Assembly: GCA_016748015.1 (NCBI GenBank) | Contig: JAAOMT010000697.1 | Coordinates: forward strand, 566,868 to 630,867 | Source of the DNA: Geosiphon pyriformis uo1 | Taxonomy: Eukaryota > Fungi > Glomeromycota | DNA length: 64,000 nucleotides | Reading direction: 5' to 3' | The notes under the pieces: generated by a model | The model's input: the letters and a program-made list of their open reading frames with translations, nothing else | Database searches by the model: none | Told to the model about the DNA's origin: nothing | Made by a program: the position numbers and the translations under genes | Part shown: positions 36,061 through 50,300 of the stretch, piece by piece | Layout: the number at the start of each line of letters is the position of its first letter | Position numbering within the stretch: the stretch's first letter is position 1

Positions 36061-38964
36061 ATATTAAGATTTTTCTATTAATCTTGGACAAAATAATGAA
36101 CATTACTAAATACTGGCAAATTATTAGTCTTAATAAAACATTTATGCATATTACTGGACAACAACAGAGAAAAATAAGCAGTTTAATTTGCCAAAGTATT
36201 TGTACAAATATTACTTAAAATACCTAAATGTTTTTTAATCTTTGGCCAAACAATTAACAGATCTTTACTATTAACTAAATTAGCAATATGTTTTTTTCTA
36301 TTTAGTAACAATTTTGAAAATTAAGACTTGATATTTCCAATTCTAAAATACATACATTTATGATAATTTGACTGTTCAAATACACAATTATAGCACAAAA
36401 GAAGAACACATATTCTAAAGTCAGAGCAATAGTCTGTAATTTAGCCATTATCAATGACAACAACTCATTAACTTTAACTTCAAAATTCAAATCAACTTCT
36501 AAAAAGTATGCAGCAATTCTACTAGCCATAACAAAAGAACCCAATCTTTTTAAAAATCTATCTGTATACACAGTAAATACATTTGACCAGATTTTAAGAA
36601 AATGTTTTTTCAAAATTGAAAACTGGTCTAATGACAAAATATTAGTATTTTCTAACACAAAATCTATGCTAAAAAATGCCAATGTAAGCTTAGAATTGTG
36701 CAAAAATTTTGACACCAAAACAAACCAAAAAACCATTGGTCTTTTAGAACCCAATTTTTTTCAATGATAGAATGTTTTCCAATTTATAACTCTACTTTGT
36801 TTATCTAAAAGTCTGTTACAAAAAACCATGCCAAATTTTTTCAAAGAACCAACTTTTTTATAATACAACAAAGCTTTAAGACACTTAACATAAAAATTTT
36901 GCCAAGATTAAGGAATACACAAAACAAATTATTCACCAATAAAAAACTATTGTTCAAAAAAATACACACCACTTTAGCCAAAAAATTGCTAAAAAGACTA
37001 ATATGCAATTTTATTGAATGCTATAAAGGATTTAATGAGCCCCAGTTCAGAATCTGCAAATTTAAAAATTTGTGCTTAAAAAGTTGATTGAAGATTTCAG
37101 AAGCATTTGTAAAATAATAGTTGAAACAATCTTTTTTTTAGCTTGAATTTGTTTAAACATCTTTAAACCATATAATAAAAAATAATGTATTGTCTTACTT
37201 AGAAAGTTGTAAAACAATCTAGCTTTTGATTTAAGATTTTTCTTGATTAAGACATTTTATTGACAACAAACTGCTAAAAAAATAAAACTGAACTAGAAAT
37301 AATAATTAATAATAGGTTGCAAAACTGCTGAAACCAGATATAAAAACTGTTTATTTATAATAGTTTTTCTTAAAACCATATTAAAAAAAAATTTAATGTT
37401 GGATTAAGTCTTGGCCAAACTAAGCTTAAACATTCTATCAATAGATAAAAGATTCCCAAATATTTATGCAACATATTATTTTTGGCAATTGAAATAAGTA
37501 ATTTGCTAATTTTTAAAAAAGTATTTTTAACCTTCTAATTAATGAGAATAGCCTGTTTTGTTATTGTTAATTAAGATATTATTAATCAAAAAAAATTTAC
37601 TAGCAACATCCAATATATATTATATAGTAATCTGACTATTCTTAATTCAGATAGTATTATTAACAAAAGCATTAGCTGCAAAAACGAAAATTTTCCATTA
37701 ATGTTTTCTACTTTTCCTATTTTAGCTATAAATCTAATATTAATTTGGTATTTACATAGATATTTCTGTTTTTTGGTCTTGTATAAAAAAAAATTATAGA
37801 AAATTCTTTAAAAAAAGAAGGAAAACATTTTATCATAATCAAGTTTATTATGTATTTAATGTCTATTTGTAAGACTAAAATCTATTATAATTTTATTTAA
37901 TCTATTTTTATAAATATTACCAAAAAAACCAATAAATTTTTCACATATTTTAATACATTGCAAACTAGTTTTCAAATGGTATTAACCAACTAAGTTATAT
38001 GTTTTACACATGTCTTATAGAATTAACCAAATCTTTCTGTTTTTTTTCAGAGCATTCTCAATTATTGAGTTAATAGCAAAAATAGGAAACTGTATTAAAA
38101 TACTTTTTAAAATGAAAAAAATATCTTTACAGAGAATACTGAACTTGCTACAAGCAAAAAAAATTTGATTCAAAAGAATCTTAAAAGAAATTTTTTAAGC
38201 TGTCTTAATCAAAGTAATAGAATAAGTGTTTGTTAAAATTTTATTTTATTTATAAGGTTTAAATATTATTGAAATTCACACTTTTTTTTATAAAATTAGA
38301 ACTGTATTTAGAGTTAAACATGAATTTAAAAGACCTAAAAAACATTTGAGAACATTATTGTCACAATTTTTTTACAATTCATTAGAAACATTATTAAGAC
38401 CAATAGTTTTTTTATTCAGCAAGTTTTTGACTACTTGAACCAATTCTTCAAAAACAATAATATTCATAACTTTTAAAAAAGCATTATTATTTATATAACA
38501 CAAAAGAACATATTAATTGGCCCAAAGTTTAAGCAAAAGTTCAAAAACCATCCACTTTTTGGTTCAACCCTTCATAATTGCATCAACTTTAGATTTAATA
38601 TTATCAGATTTTAAAACCAATTTATTATTAATTATTAAATAGTTTAGTATTATCTTATAAAACAGTTTATCTAATATATTTTTGATTATATAGTTTTTAT
38701 CCAAGCAAAAATTTTCCATTTTCTTATTAATAATACTTTTTATAGCAGCAGTTTTAGTAATTTTGAATTGTGAATTTTGGATTTGCAGTAACCTTTTTTA
38801 ATTTTAAACAAACAATTAAAAATGTTTATTAATTTGGTACTATTTTAAATTATGTTTTGCATCTTAAAAGTTTTATTTGTATTTGCAATTAACCAAACAT
38901 AAAGTAAAAAATCAGTTCTATGTATATTATAAGATCTAAGAAATTTAACCACTTTGGTAATCAG

Positions 38965-40384
38965 TGTTACCAGGTGAAAGCTATGGATTTGTAACTTCTT
39001 AGCAATGACAATAGCTTTCACCTGGAACACACACATTACCATGATTATGCTACTGACTATAGCATATTATGGGTGTATGGACTATTTCAGTGAATGGAAG
39101 AGCAGAAAGGGGTACGTGATAAGGTCATTAAAAGTGAAAGAAAGTATTGTCATTATTATTTGTTTTTGGGCAAAAACCAGTCTTAGATATTTTAAAGGGA
39201 AAAAAGAAATCACATCTCTTTATATGTATCAGAAGCACAACCAACAACAAGGAGTGAAACCAACTATTCAAAGAAATACATAACCGGAATTTTTTCAATT
39301 AGTTATCAAAAAGGTGTGGTGTTCAAATGCCTGCTTTGAAAACGAAGTTATAGGAATTATAAAAGGAATTATGAAAGTCAAATATAATTGAAATAGATTT
39401 TGCTTAAACTTTTTATTATTGAGACCACTCTCTAACAATGTGATACTTTATTACTTATTTTTATATTTAACAACTTGTTCGGTGAAACAAGACTTAATGT
39501 GAAATGGTAATAACACATGATTTGAAAGATCAGAAGTAATAAAACAATTTGAAATGGTGATAACAAGTAAGTAAAAGATTATAAACAACATAATTCCAAA
39601 TGGTGATAAGGAATATGGGAAGACATACTTGAGATTGTGATGACAAGTATTTAGAGCATAGAAAGTGAAAAAAGAATATAAAGAGTAGAGGAAAGGATTA
39701 ATTGCTCACTATAAAACTATAGTGAAGAGTTGGCTCAGTATTGAACTGATACTTTTCTAAGCTGACAGAGAAGCTGTATATATAGTTAAATTACATCAGA
39801 TCTACATACTATATTAGAACTATTTAAAATACATCAATTATTTATATACATTTAATTAATAAATTTATGATGAGCTTACTCGGCATGTTATTTTCTCAGA
39901 GCTAGTGATTTTTAGATAATCAGATTTAGATGGCTGGATCTAGAACATTAATTGTCAATCAATGATACCAATTGTGATTATGATCAACATAATCAGAAGT
40001 AGATCAATTGATTACATTTCTTGGTAACTACTTTTAACCATTGATTACAGATCTGAAATGTTAGATTGTTCTAATAAGGGCATATGAGAATTTTGAAGCA
40101 TAACAAAACCTGTTGTTATCTGATTACATGCATCAATTATTTATTTCCATTGGTGTTTCTTAGTTTGCCAAGATTTTTTTATATCCAACTTAGTTAAACT
40201 GTTGGATTGTGCCATATTTCTTTGTTGTAATTAGATTAATTGCTGATTATTTATTTCCAGATTGCCGGCTGATTTTGTTGATTAAGTGTGATGATGTAGG
40301 CCTTTTTCGCATGATTTTGATGTTAATTTCCATTGTATGTGTTGTAATTTTTGCATTGAAAAGTGTGAAAATCTTCCAGTAACA
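38965..40384 (-). mobile_element. 1.4-kb solo LTR (family C), the less mutated copy
   Basis: tgttac...gtaaca. TSD TCAG/CCAG at 38961-38964 and 40385-40388. The LINE frame FFKLELL|ITKVVKF rejoins across it. Homolog of 6195-7601. Confidence 0.92.
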
Positions 40385-42229
40385 CCAGCAATTCCAATTT
40401 AAAAAACTTAAACAACTGTTTGTTAAAAGTACATTTGGTTTTACTATACCAATATTAAAAAAATGTTTCATTAACTAAATCTATTATCATCTTTTTTAAC
40501 AATTCTTATATAGTATTCAAATTCTTATTAGCTCTTACTACTAAAAACTTATTCATTACTGCTGAAACTTAACAGAAAAACATTTTTTAAAACACATTCA
40601 TTTGGTATTATCTGTATTAATAATCTTGAATTTTTAATAATCTTTGTTAATTTGCTTGTACATGCTATTTAGATAAATATCCAAGAGACTACTCAAGCCA
40701 ATTAAGACTAAAACAGTCTTGTAATCTATATTAAAAAAGTCAAAAACTGGATTAACTCCATGGCTAGTAATAACAAACAACAAACTTTTACTTATAAAAA
40801 CATAATTTATAACTTTTTTGATGCTTTTTAAATTGCTCTAAGTGAAAATTTTAACCAATGAATGCTTACTAAACAAGTTGACCAAATTTAAATCTGAACA
40901 GAACTTGAAATTCACACTTTTTTTAGACCTATTTTCATTGAAATCTCTATTCAAAATTACAAAAGTATTAAAGTTAACTGCCTTGGCAATAAAAAAATTG
41001 ATTTTTACAGTTTGATCAAACTTAACTTCAGAAAAAGCACTAGTATACAAATTCAAACTTATAATTGAAAGCTTGCCTTTAAAAAAAAGCCACACTAAAA
41101 TAACATGACTGAAAACTTTTTTCATCTTAAAAATATGTCATGTTAGAAAATTGTTCATAATAATAGTCACTTCAGCACTAAAAAAACTTTTATCCAATCT
41201 AGATGTAAAAATCTATACTCTATTAAATCTGTTTGCAATCTATGGCTTAATATTAGATCTTAACTTTGTTTCTATTATAATAAAAACCATATTACCCAAA
41301 CTTGTATATTAACACATAACATTTTTCTGTTTAACAAAGACATTAATACTCTGAACATTATATGTTACAAATTTCCAAACCAAATTACTTATTGAGAAAA
41401 AAAAGATGTTAAGAAACTTAAACCAATATACAACAGATCTAATTTTACCAAAACTAAACTAACAGAAACTTTAAGAACTACTAATTTTAATTTTAAACTC
41501 TCCATTTTAGTGGTTAAAACTTTTGAACTACTCAAACTCAAAACTGAAGATTCAACAACAACCAAAAAAGAAAGTAAAAGCAGAATTTTCAAACTATTTA
41601 ATACTATATTCAAATCTAAATTCAAATCAAAAGCTATTAAGATTGCCAAGTCTTGAGAAAAAAAATGTGAAGACAAAAACACTAAATTTACATCATTAAA
41701 CTTGTGCACAATGCTAAACACCTGATCAGCCAAAAGCTTAAGAGAGCATTCCAAAGAGGTCAAGTAAACAACAATTGATAAGTTATTATTAAAAACTAAA
41801 AGAACCTTATCAGTACATAAAGATCCTGAAAAACATGACTCAAAATTAGAACCAAAACCAAAATAAGAATTGTCAGCAAAAGCAGTAAACAAAACCATCT
41901 GAGTTCAAGATTTGCTATCAAAAACAGCAGAACAAAAAATTAGAACACTTTTTTTTGCATATAACTTGGCCAGTTAAAAGCAATTTTTTTTTGAGATAAT
42001 TCTTTTATAAATTTCCAAAAATAGCAAGACAAATACACTTAATGTCTTATACTCTAAAACTAAATGTTCAAAACACTTACATCTTTTATAATAAACTAAA
42101 CCTAATCTGGTCCAAGAAAGTTTCATATTACCAAAAATTGGCTTTGTATAAAAAACAGGTTCTAAGTTATCTTTAGTATTAAAACCAATCACAGTACAAT
42201 AAATTCTATTGTCAGTTTTAATTGACCAA

Positions 42230-45200
42230 TATTACAGATAATTATTTGGAATGTTAGAACAAATAACAAACTCATAACTTAATACTCAATAGCTAGTAAT
42301 ATTGGTAATTTCTAAAGATTTTGGTATCTGAAAATTTTGGTAAAGTTTTTTATATAATAAACAGAGATTTAATTAATGGTTTTTTTTGTGAATTTTTGTT
42401 TTCACTGTGGTAACTGGTTTATTTTGGCAGTTATGTTTTTCTGATAAGCTATTTTTAAATTTCTACTCTTGTTCTTAGGTTTTTTATTAGGCTATCTTTA
42501 ATGTCAAATATTTAGTATTTAATTTTTTTAATTAATTAGTAAACAACAAAAAAATAAAACAAAAGAAAATAAAAAAAAATAAAAAATAAAAAATTAGTAT
42601 TCTGTCAATAGCCATAATTAAAAGCTATTGATCCAGTGTAGTTAAGTATTGGATTTTATCAACATAGAGTATTAATAGTGTAAAAATGATTAATATTTTT
42701 TTAATCAAGTAATGATAACATGGATTGAATAATAATAGATAATTTTATTAATATTGATGTGATTCTACTTTAAGTTATAAAAAATTATCTTTTTAAAAAA
42801 AATGTATTGTGTTCTAAACTGAATTGAATTTTGAATATTTTTTCTGTTTTTAACACTCTTGCTATATATACATAATTTATGTTATATAAGATTTTTTAAA
42901 ATTCTTTAATTTTTTTGAAAAAAATTCTGAAATTCTGAAATTCTAGAATCTTATAATTTCTCAAAAAAAATCCTGAAATTTTTTTTTACTACACCTATTT
43001 TTGATTGGCTATTTTATTTATTATTATAATTTTTAATTTTTATGAGTAATAATATTTTTTTTTTAATATTGAGCTTTGTCAAGATTTCTTAAATTTCTTA
43101 AATCTATACTGATATGTAAATAAGATTTCAATTTAATGGCAGTTTTTCTGGAATATCTGAGATCAAACTTTATATTGGTATTATATACACATTCTAATAT
43201 AATATTCTTATTATTATTACTAAACCATTTAAGTTTCTAATCTTGTAAAAGATCTGAAAACACAATATATTGTTTAAAGTTTTCATTAAAGTTTGAATCA
43301 TCATTATTGTTATTGCTATTGTGGATGGAATTAAAACCATTGTTGTTATTATTATTAGAGTTTAAATTACAATTAAACTTTAATTCTGATTCTAAAACAC
43401 ATTTACTAATTAATTCTTCTTCTTTGGAAATTGAATAGATTATATATAGTAATAAATTGTAAATAAGGTCACAATTATCACAATATTCAAAATTACTAGA
43501 AATTAGACAATATTTACAAAGTTTAATATTTAATTGTTCTAAATGCTGCTTTTGTTTTTTTGAGTAAATACTAAATTTTGGTAATAAGATGGTTTTTTTT
43601 TGGTTCTAATAAGTATAAAATGTGTTAACTGTTATTTGTTTCTTTTGTAAAAAAGTTGGCTTGTAGTTTGTTCTCTTTTTTTTTTCTTGTTGTCCCAAGA
43701 AAATATCAGTAATAGCTTATTGTAATTGTTTTTAGTTTACAAAACTTGATAGGCTTTTCAGATAGGTTTGTTTATTTCTTTTTCGAATTCAATCAGTGAC
43801 TATAATTGAGTAATAGTGTTTGTTTTAAAGTGGCTGTAGGTGGCTGGTATTCAAGTTTGCTAACAATTTTAATTAAGCTATAGCTCTTACATAATTCAGT
43901 TGAATAAAGTATTGATTTTGAACAGTCAGTTATTATTAACAAAAGCTTGGTATTGTGTGGCTTTCATGACTAAAATCTTAATTAATATAATAATACTATT
44001 GACTTTAAAAGAAAAGTTATTAATTTTGCTAATAAGTGTCTTGATCACTCTATTGGCTATAATAATTTTGGCACTGATAGCATAATTAACTTGGTAATTT
44101 AATTAATCTATGTATTATTATGTAATGATATTACTTACTAACTTACTATTAATAATTTGCTTAATAGATTGGCTATTGATTTTAATATCTGTATATATTA
44201 CAGTAATTGATTTAACATTGAGAATGACTCTATTAAATAAAAGTGTTATTGCTAATTCTTTTAATTCAAAAGAAAAAATGATTGCAATTGACTTGTCTTT
44301 AGTGATTGTTGCTGATAGAATATTGTTAATAAGTAGTATTAGATTGGTTTCCAAGTTGTTGAATAGATTGTTTTTTGAGATAACCAAAAGGCTTAAATAG
44401 TTTTGTGAATTCAGGTTTTGGGTGTATTTATTTTCTAAATTTCTTGAACATAATTCTAATGTTTAACTTAAGAAACTAAAGATTAGTTAATATATAATTA
44501 TTGCTAATTTTTAGTTTTGTTGTGTATATGTAATTTTCAGTTTTTGGTTTCTGATTATTATTTAAGCTAAGTTTTATGGTGTTGTTTAAATTGATTGGAA
44601 TAATAAATTACTTGTAACTGCAGTTAATAGATTACTAATATTGAAGTCTAATAAACTAAAAATATATTTATAAGTTGTTGTGTTATTTGAGAGTAATATG
44701 ACTGATATGGATATGTTTTTAATAATAAATTGTTGGCATAATTCTGGGTTTGAAACCTGCAATTGGGGTTTTAATATTGATTTTTCAATTATTAATTGTT
44801 GAATCTGAAACAGCAATCTGTTTTTAAATAGTCTTGTTTACTACAATAATAGTAATTACATGTTTTTTGTTGTCATGATTGATTTGATAATAATAATAAT
44901 AGATGCAGCTAATTTTGAAAATAATTGGAGTTTCTTTAATTGTTACAATATTGTGGAGACTAATAAATAGCTTGATTATTAGCTAAGTATCTCTTAATTT
45001 TTTGATTAATAGTTTTACCAAATTGCTTCAATTTAGTATCTAATTTAAATAATCTGTTCATTATTAGATTTATGGTTTAGACATGGTTGGCTTTGAGTTT
45101 GGCTGATTTAAAATTTTTGGTGTATGTGACTGCATCTTAGAAAGTATTTGGATGCATTAAACATACTTATTATAACAAATTACTGTATAATGTATAAATA

Positions 45201-47344
45201 AACTAATTCAAAATTTGTGGTACTATAAAATAGTTAATATTAATTGCTTAAATTTAGTGCAGATTTCTGTAGAAATGTCTTAAATAAGTAGTAACTGCTT
45301 TAGTATTACTTTGTTTAATTGTAGTAAAACTAGTTAACAAGCAATTTATGTTATTATTATTATTAAAATACTATAAAAACACAGTTTTGAATACATCAAA
45401 ATCTTGAGATTTGTTTACAAAATTCTGATATCATGAGTCAGTAGTGTTTTATAAAAAGTAGAAAATTGCTTAAAAGGCTCTAATATTGTTCCATCTGTTG
45501 GCTATAATAGTTTTTGCTATATTTTTTTAGTTATGTTTGAGTGTTATCCTCTTTGCTAATAAATTTTTTTAGTTTGGCAATAGGTATATATATTATTGAT
45601 ACAAGTTGTTGTTGTTAAAGTTGTTATTAAGATTGTTGTTGTTGTGTGGTAATTGGTACAAATGGTAAATTAATCACAATAATTAGAAGTAAGTTTTGCT
45701 AAAGAATAGAAATAGAATTTGAATTGTTCAAATTTTGTGGAATTTAAACAATCAGAGTTTGTACTTTTGGATTATATAAAATTGGGTTTTGATTATTATT
45801 TCTCTGATTATTGTCTTCCTCTTCTTCTGAATTGGTGTTTTTTAATAACTGGTAAATCCAAAATTTAGTTGAAATAGTAGTAATTAAAGTCTTGATGGTA
45901 TTGTTAATTGTAATTTAAATTTTTTAAATTAATTACTATATATTCCTAATAATTTGGCTTTTTCTTGTTTATTTTGAAACAGTACTTTTGCTAATAATGT
46001 TTTTATAGCTGCTAATGTTATGTAAATAGTACTTTCAGATGTATAGTAATATAATAAGTTAATAAGTAAAACAACTCTTGGTTTTTTTCAAGTAGGTAGT
46101 TGTATTTTTTTTGGTGTTTTTGCTGAAGTTTGTAATTTTTCTTTGTTTGCAAAGATAATAAAAAATTTCTGTTGGGTAATTTTCAATTTCTTTGTTTATT
46201 TTTGTAATTAGTAGTACAAACAGATAATTTGGTAGAAGTATAGTACTTTGTAATAGTTTACTATAAAAATTTCTAAAAGTGGCTTCTAGATCTTTTTGGT
46301 TTCCTAAATAAAATTTAATTTTTTTATTAACATAGAAATTAAAAGCTAATTTTGCTGATCAATAATTATTTATTAGTTCAAGATGAGTTTAATAATATTG
46401 AAATAAAAATTTCATGAATCCTAAATGATTTTCTTTTATGATTTTTTGGTCTGCTATTTTTCCAAATAGTTGATATTGATACTGGCTCTCTATTAGATTA
46501 TACTTTACAGAAAGTACTAAATATTACAGATAATTATTTAGGATGTTAGAACAAATAACAAACTTATAACTTGGTGCTTAATAGTTGATAAAATTGGTAA
46601 TTTCTAAAGGTTTTAGAGTCTAAAGGTTTTAATTAAGTTTTTTATATAATAGACAAAAATTTAATTGATGATTTCTTTTGTGAATTTCTTTTTTCAGTAT
46701 AGTGGTTAGTTTATTCTAACAGTTATGTCCTTTTAGTAAGCTATCTTTAAATTTTTACTCTTGTTTTCAGGTTTTTTACTAGGCTATTTTTGATGTTAAA
46801 TACTTAATACTTAATTTTTTTAATTAATTAGTAAACAACAAAAAAATAAAATAAAAAAAAATAAAAAAAAATAAAAATAAAAAATAAAAAATTAATATTT
46901 TGTTAATTGTTATGATTAAAAGCTATTGGTACAGTGTGGTTAAATATTGAATTCTATTAACATAGAGTATTAATAGTATAGATGTGATTAATATTTTTTT
47001 TAATCAAATAATAATAACATAAATTGAATAATAATAGATAATTTTATTAATATTAATGTGATTCTACTTTAAGTTATAGAAAACTATTTTTTGAAGAAAA
47101 GAGTATTGTGTTTTGAATTGAATTGAATTTTAAATACTTTTTTTGCTTTTAACACTTTTACTATATATATATAATTTAAGTTATATGAAATTTCTTGAAA
47201 TTCTTTAATTTTTTTGAAAAAAATTCTGCAATTTCGCAATTTTTCAAGAGAAATTCTGGAATTCTGGGATTCTGGAATCCTACAATTCTTTTTTTTATTA
47301 TGTCTATTTCTGATTGGTTATTTTATCTATTATTATAATTCCTA
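42230..47344 (-). mobile_element. Internally deleted Gypsy element: 5' LTR 46522-47344, gag, protease, start of dUTPase, PPT, 3' LTR 42230-43051. No RT, RH or IN.
   Basis: Two homologous LTRs. PBS relic at ~46505-46520. Gag and protease are collinear with 3625-9260. The sequence jumps from dUTPase (KFDLRYS..ISIDL) to pre-PPT sequence at ~43100. Confidence 0.88.
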
Positions 47345-50300
47345 AACAAAAGCATTTTAAAACAATTTTTAAACATTTAAGTTTCATAATCTTCTACTGC
47401 TTTTGTCATATGTACTGAATTTTTCTCAATCAAAAATAATTATCTTGTCACCAACTAATTTGCTTAACTTAATTTAACAAATTCTATCACAGTTTTCTGT
47501 TATAGTCTAATTAGTTGCAATTAAATTGATATTACTTAACCAAACTCAGATAGAGCTGCAGTAATTATTTTTTTTGGCATATTCATAAGAATTTTTTTAA
47601 TTATTACAGTCCAATCTAAGCACATTTTTTGTCTCTTGATATTATTGTTTACAATAATTTTTTTATCTTTAACCAATAATATGGCTTTTTTTATACTTTT
47701 TTTAGACATAAACATTGATTGAATGATTTTTTCAAATTTTAAAAGAATAATAACCTTCTCTCCAAAACTATTAATTAATGTAAAAATTTTTCTAATAAAT
47801 TAAGTTTTTGTTGTTGCTGATTTTTTATTGTTAAAAGATTAATATTTAATGTAAAAAAATTTTTTACTGCCATTTCTACTTGAATCTTTACTATTTTTGA
47901 ATCTATTTATCTTTTCTCCAAAGATATGTTAAGAGAAGAAGGAAAAAGTTTTTTATCTTTATCCATATTAAAGTCGATTTTACCAAGAAAAGAGTTATAT
48001 TCCAAATTATTAACAACTTTTTTTACTTTAAGAGTTGTTATTACCAAACCAAGAAAAAAACCACTACCAACATTTGCTAAAATATTTTTATTATTACTGT
48101 TATCAAATTTACTATGTATATTCGAATATATATCTTCACTAAAACCAGGTTTGACTAAAAAAATAATTTTTTTATTATTGAAGTGCTTGATATTACCTAT
48201 AGAAACCTTTTTCTTTGAGAAAAAAAATCTTTAACAAGTCTATAAAGAGTCTTTTTGATTGCTTTTTTTTTAGACATATTAATATTAGAAACAGTCATTA
48301 GATCTACCACAAAAAAATTACTTGTTTAAGAAATATTAAAGATAAAAGAACAAAAAAGACAAAGACAGAAAAATAAAAAACTTTTTTTTTAAAAAATGCT
48401 CTTTGAAAAATTTAGAACATAGAAGAAAAAAAAGTTTTATATTTATTATAATTTATATTTTTATATACAACTTTAATTAATTAGATTATAAAATTATTTA
48501 ATTACAAAAATTGAATTAATAAAATAAAAATTAAAATGTTTTTGTTTTTTAAAATATTATTGGTTTTGGTAATATTTAAAAAACAATTGTTAATTATTAA
48601 TATTTTTTAAACAAATAGTCTTTACTTTAATGTTTAATACTATTATAAAAAACAAAATAAATTATATTAAAACCATATTTTAGTTTTTGTATAGTTTTAT
48701 TAATTTAAAATTAGTTATTAAAAACAATATTAAGTTTTTTTATATAAAATTTGTTTTTTAAGTTTTTTTAAATATTATTATTAAAATTATACTTATTAAT
48801 TTTTTTTAGTTATTTTTAAGATTGCAAAATTTTTTGTTATTATTATATCAAATTTTGGTTTGGTTATTATAATTTTTTATACTGTTTTTTGTATTTTTTG
48901 TAAAAATTTTAAAGTTAAATCAAAGTTTGTTAATTTTTATTATTATTATTATTATTTTATAAGCACAGTTTAATTATTATTTAACATACAAAAACAAACT
49001 AAGTGTATCAAACTAAATATGGCTCATATGTTTACTACATATAACCAACCACTTAAGCCAATCAAGATCACACTACATATTCACATTAACCTTTAATTTA
49101 TTATCTAAATCTGAAAAGAACAAACAAGCCTTGTATAATCCAAAATCAACAGCAAACAATTTAATAATCTCAAATATATAGATTATTCCAAATAAAAAAA
49201 ATCTAAACAGACCACTATATATCTTAAACAAAATCTTTATGTCTTTTACTAAATCATTTTTTTTTATATTAACCCTATACTTAGATTTAAAATTTCACAA
49301 TTTATTACAATATGCATTAACCAGATATCAGATAAAATCAGCCACTATTATTATAGCATTTTTTTTATTCTTAATCTTAAAAACAGTTTTACTAATCCAA
49401 TTTTTGAGAACAAACTCTTTATATAAGATTTCATAAATGCTAATATTTAATACTCTTAATAAAAGAGTATATAATACCAAAGAAGTTGATAAAGAGCAAA
49501 GTCTTACTAAAAAAGTTCACAATTTAGCATAATTTAACAAGATTTTAAAGTATGCTAAAACATTTTTTGAATAGATAAAAACATAATTAGATAGTTTGAT
49601 ATTACCATAGAACAGATACAATATACTTAGGTATTTTATATTATAAAATTTTTTCTTAATTACAGTTGGCAATTTTTTATAGACTGTTTTTATTAAATAT
49701 GTACAAAAAGTCACTAAATGTCTGTTAGTGTAACCAGAAAGCATATAGGAATTAGGATACTATATTAAAGCAATGCCATGCTAATTAATAGTTTAAATAA
49801 AAAAGTTCTGTAAAATTTTCATATTTGAACTCTCTTTTCATTAAATACAATTAATTGTCTAATATATATTGTGGACAAAATACTAAAAATTGCTTAAAAT
49901 AACCAATTCATTTGCCAAAATAAAATTTTTTATACATACTAATAGGTAAAAAAATACAAAATTGTACTATAATACTTATAAAACTATTAGTTTTATTATT
50001 GTCAGTATTTTCTAAATGGCCCTTAATCTTTATTCACTTAACAAAAATGTTTTTGAATCTAATTAGATTAATCATATAATGTTTTTTAATTCAGTATTTA
50101 TTTTGAAAATTAGATACAAACAGCATGAACTCCAATATACATGTATCTATAATAGTTTGACTGTCTATATATAAAACTACTAAGCATAATAAGAGAACAT
50201 ATTTTAGAACTAAAGCAATAGTCTGTAATTTTAACAATATTAATAATAACAAATTGGAAATTTTTATACTAAAATCTATTCTGATCTTAGAAAAATATGC

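Larger units (their letters stand above)
36061..48435 (-). mobile_element. Decayed near-full-length LINE lacking its 3' end, with a nested solo LTR and a nested Gypsy derivative
   Basis: 5' motif ~48430. ORF1 at 48300-47345 and 42229-41389. EN ~41380-40390. RT ~38400-37450 (AFVNNTI). RNase H relic VYTDRFL..AKLQTIALTLEYV..YLNSQ at 36300-36600. Confidence 0.88.

Noticed and set aside
39005-39283. 92-aa ORF in a relatively GC-rich patch
   Set aside because: It lies inside the family C solo LTR, the homologous copy at 6195-7601 does not keep it open, and no domain is recognised.
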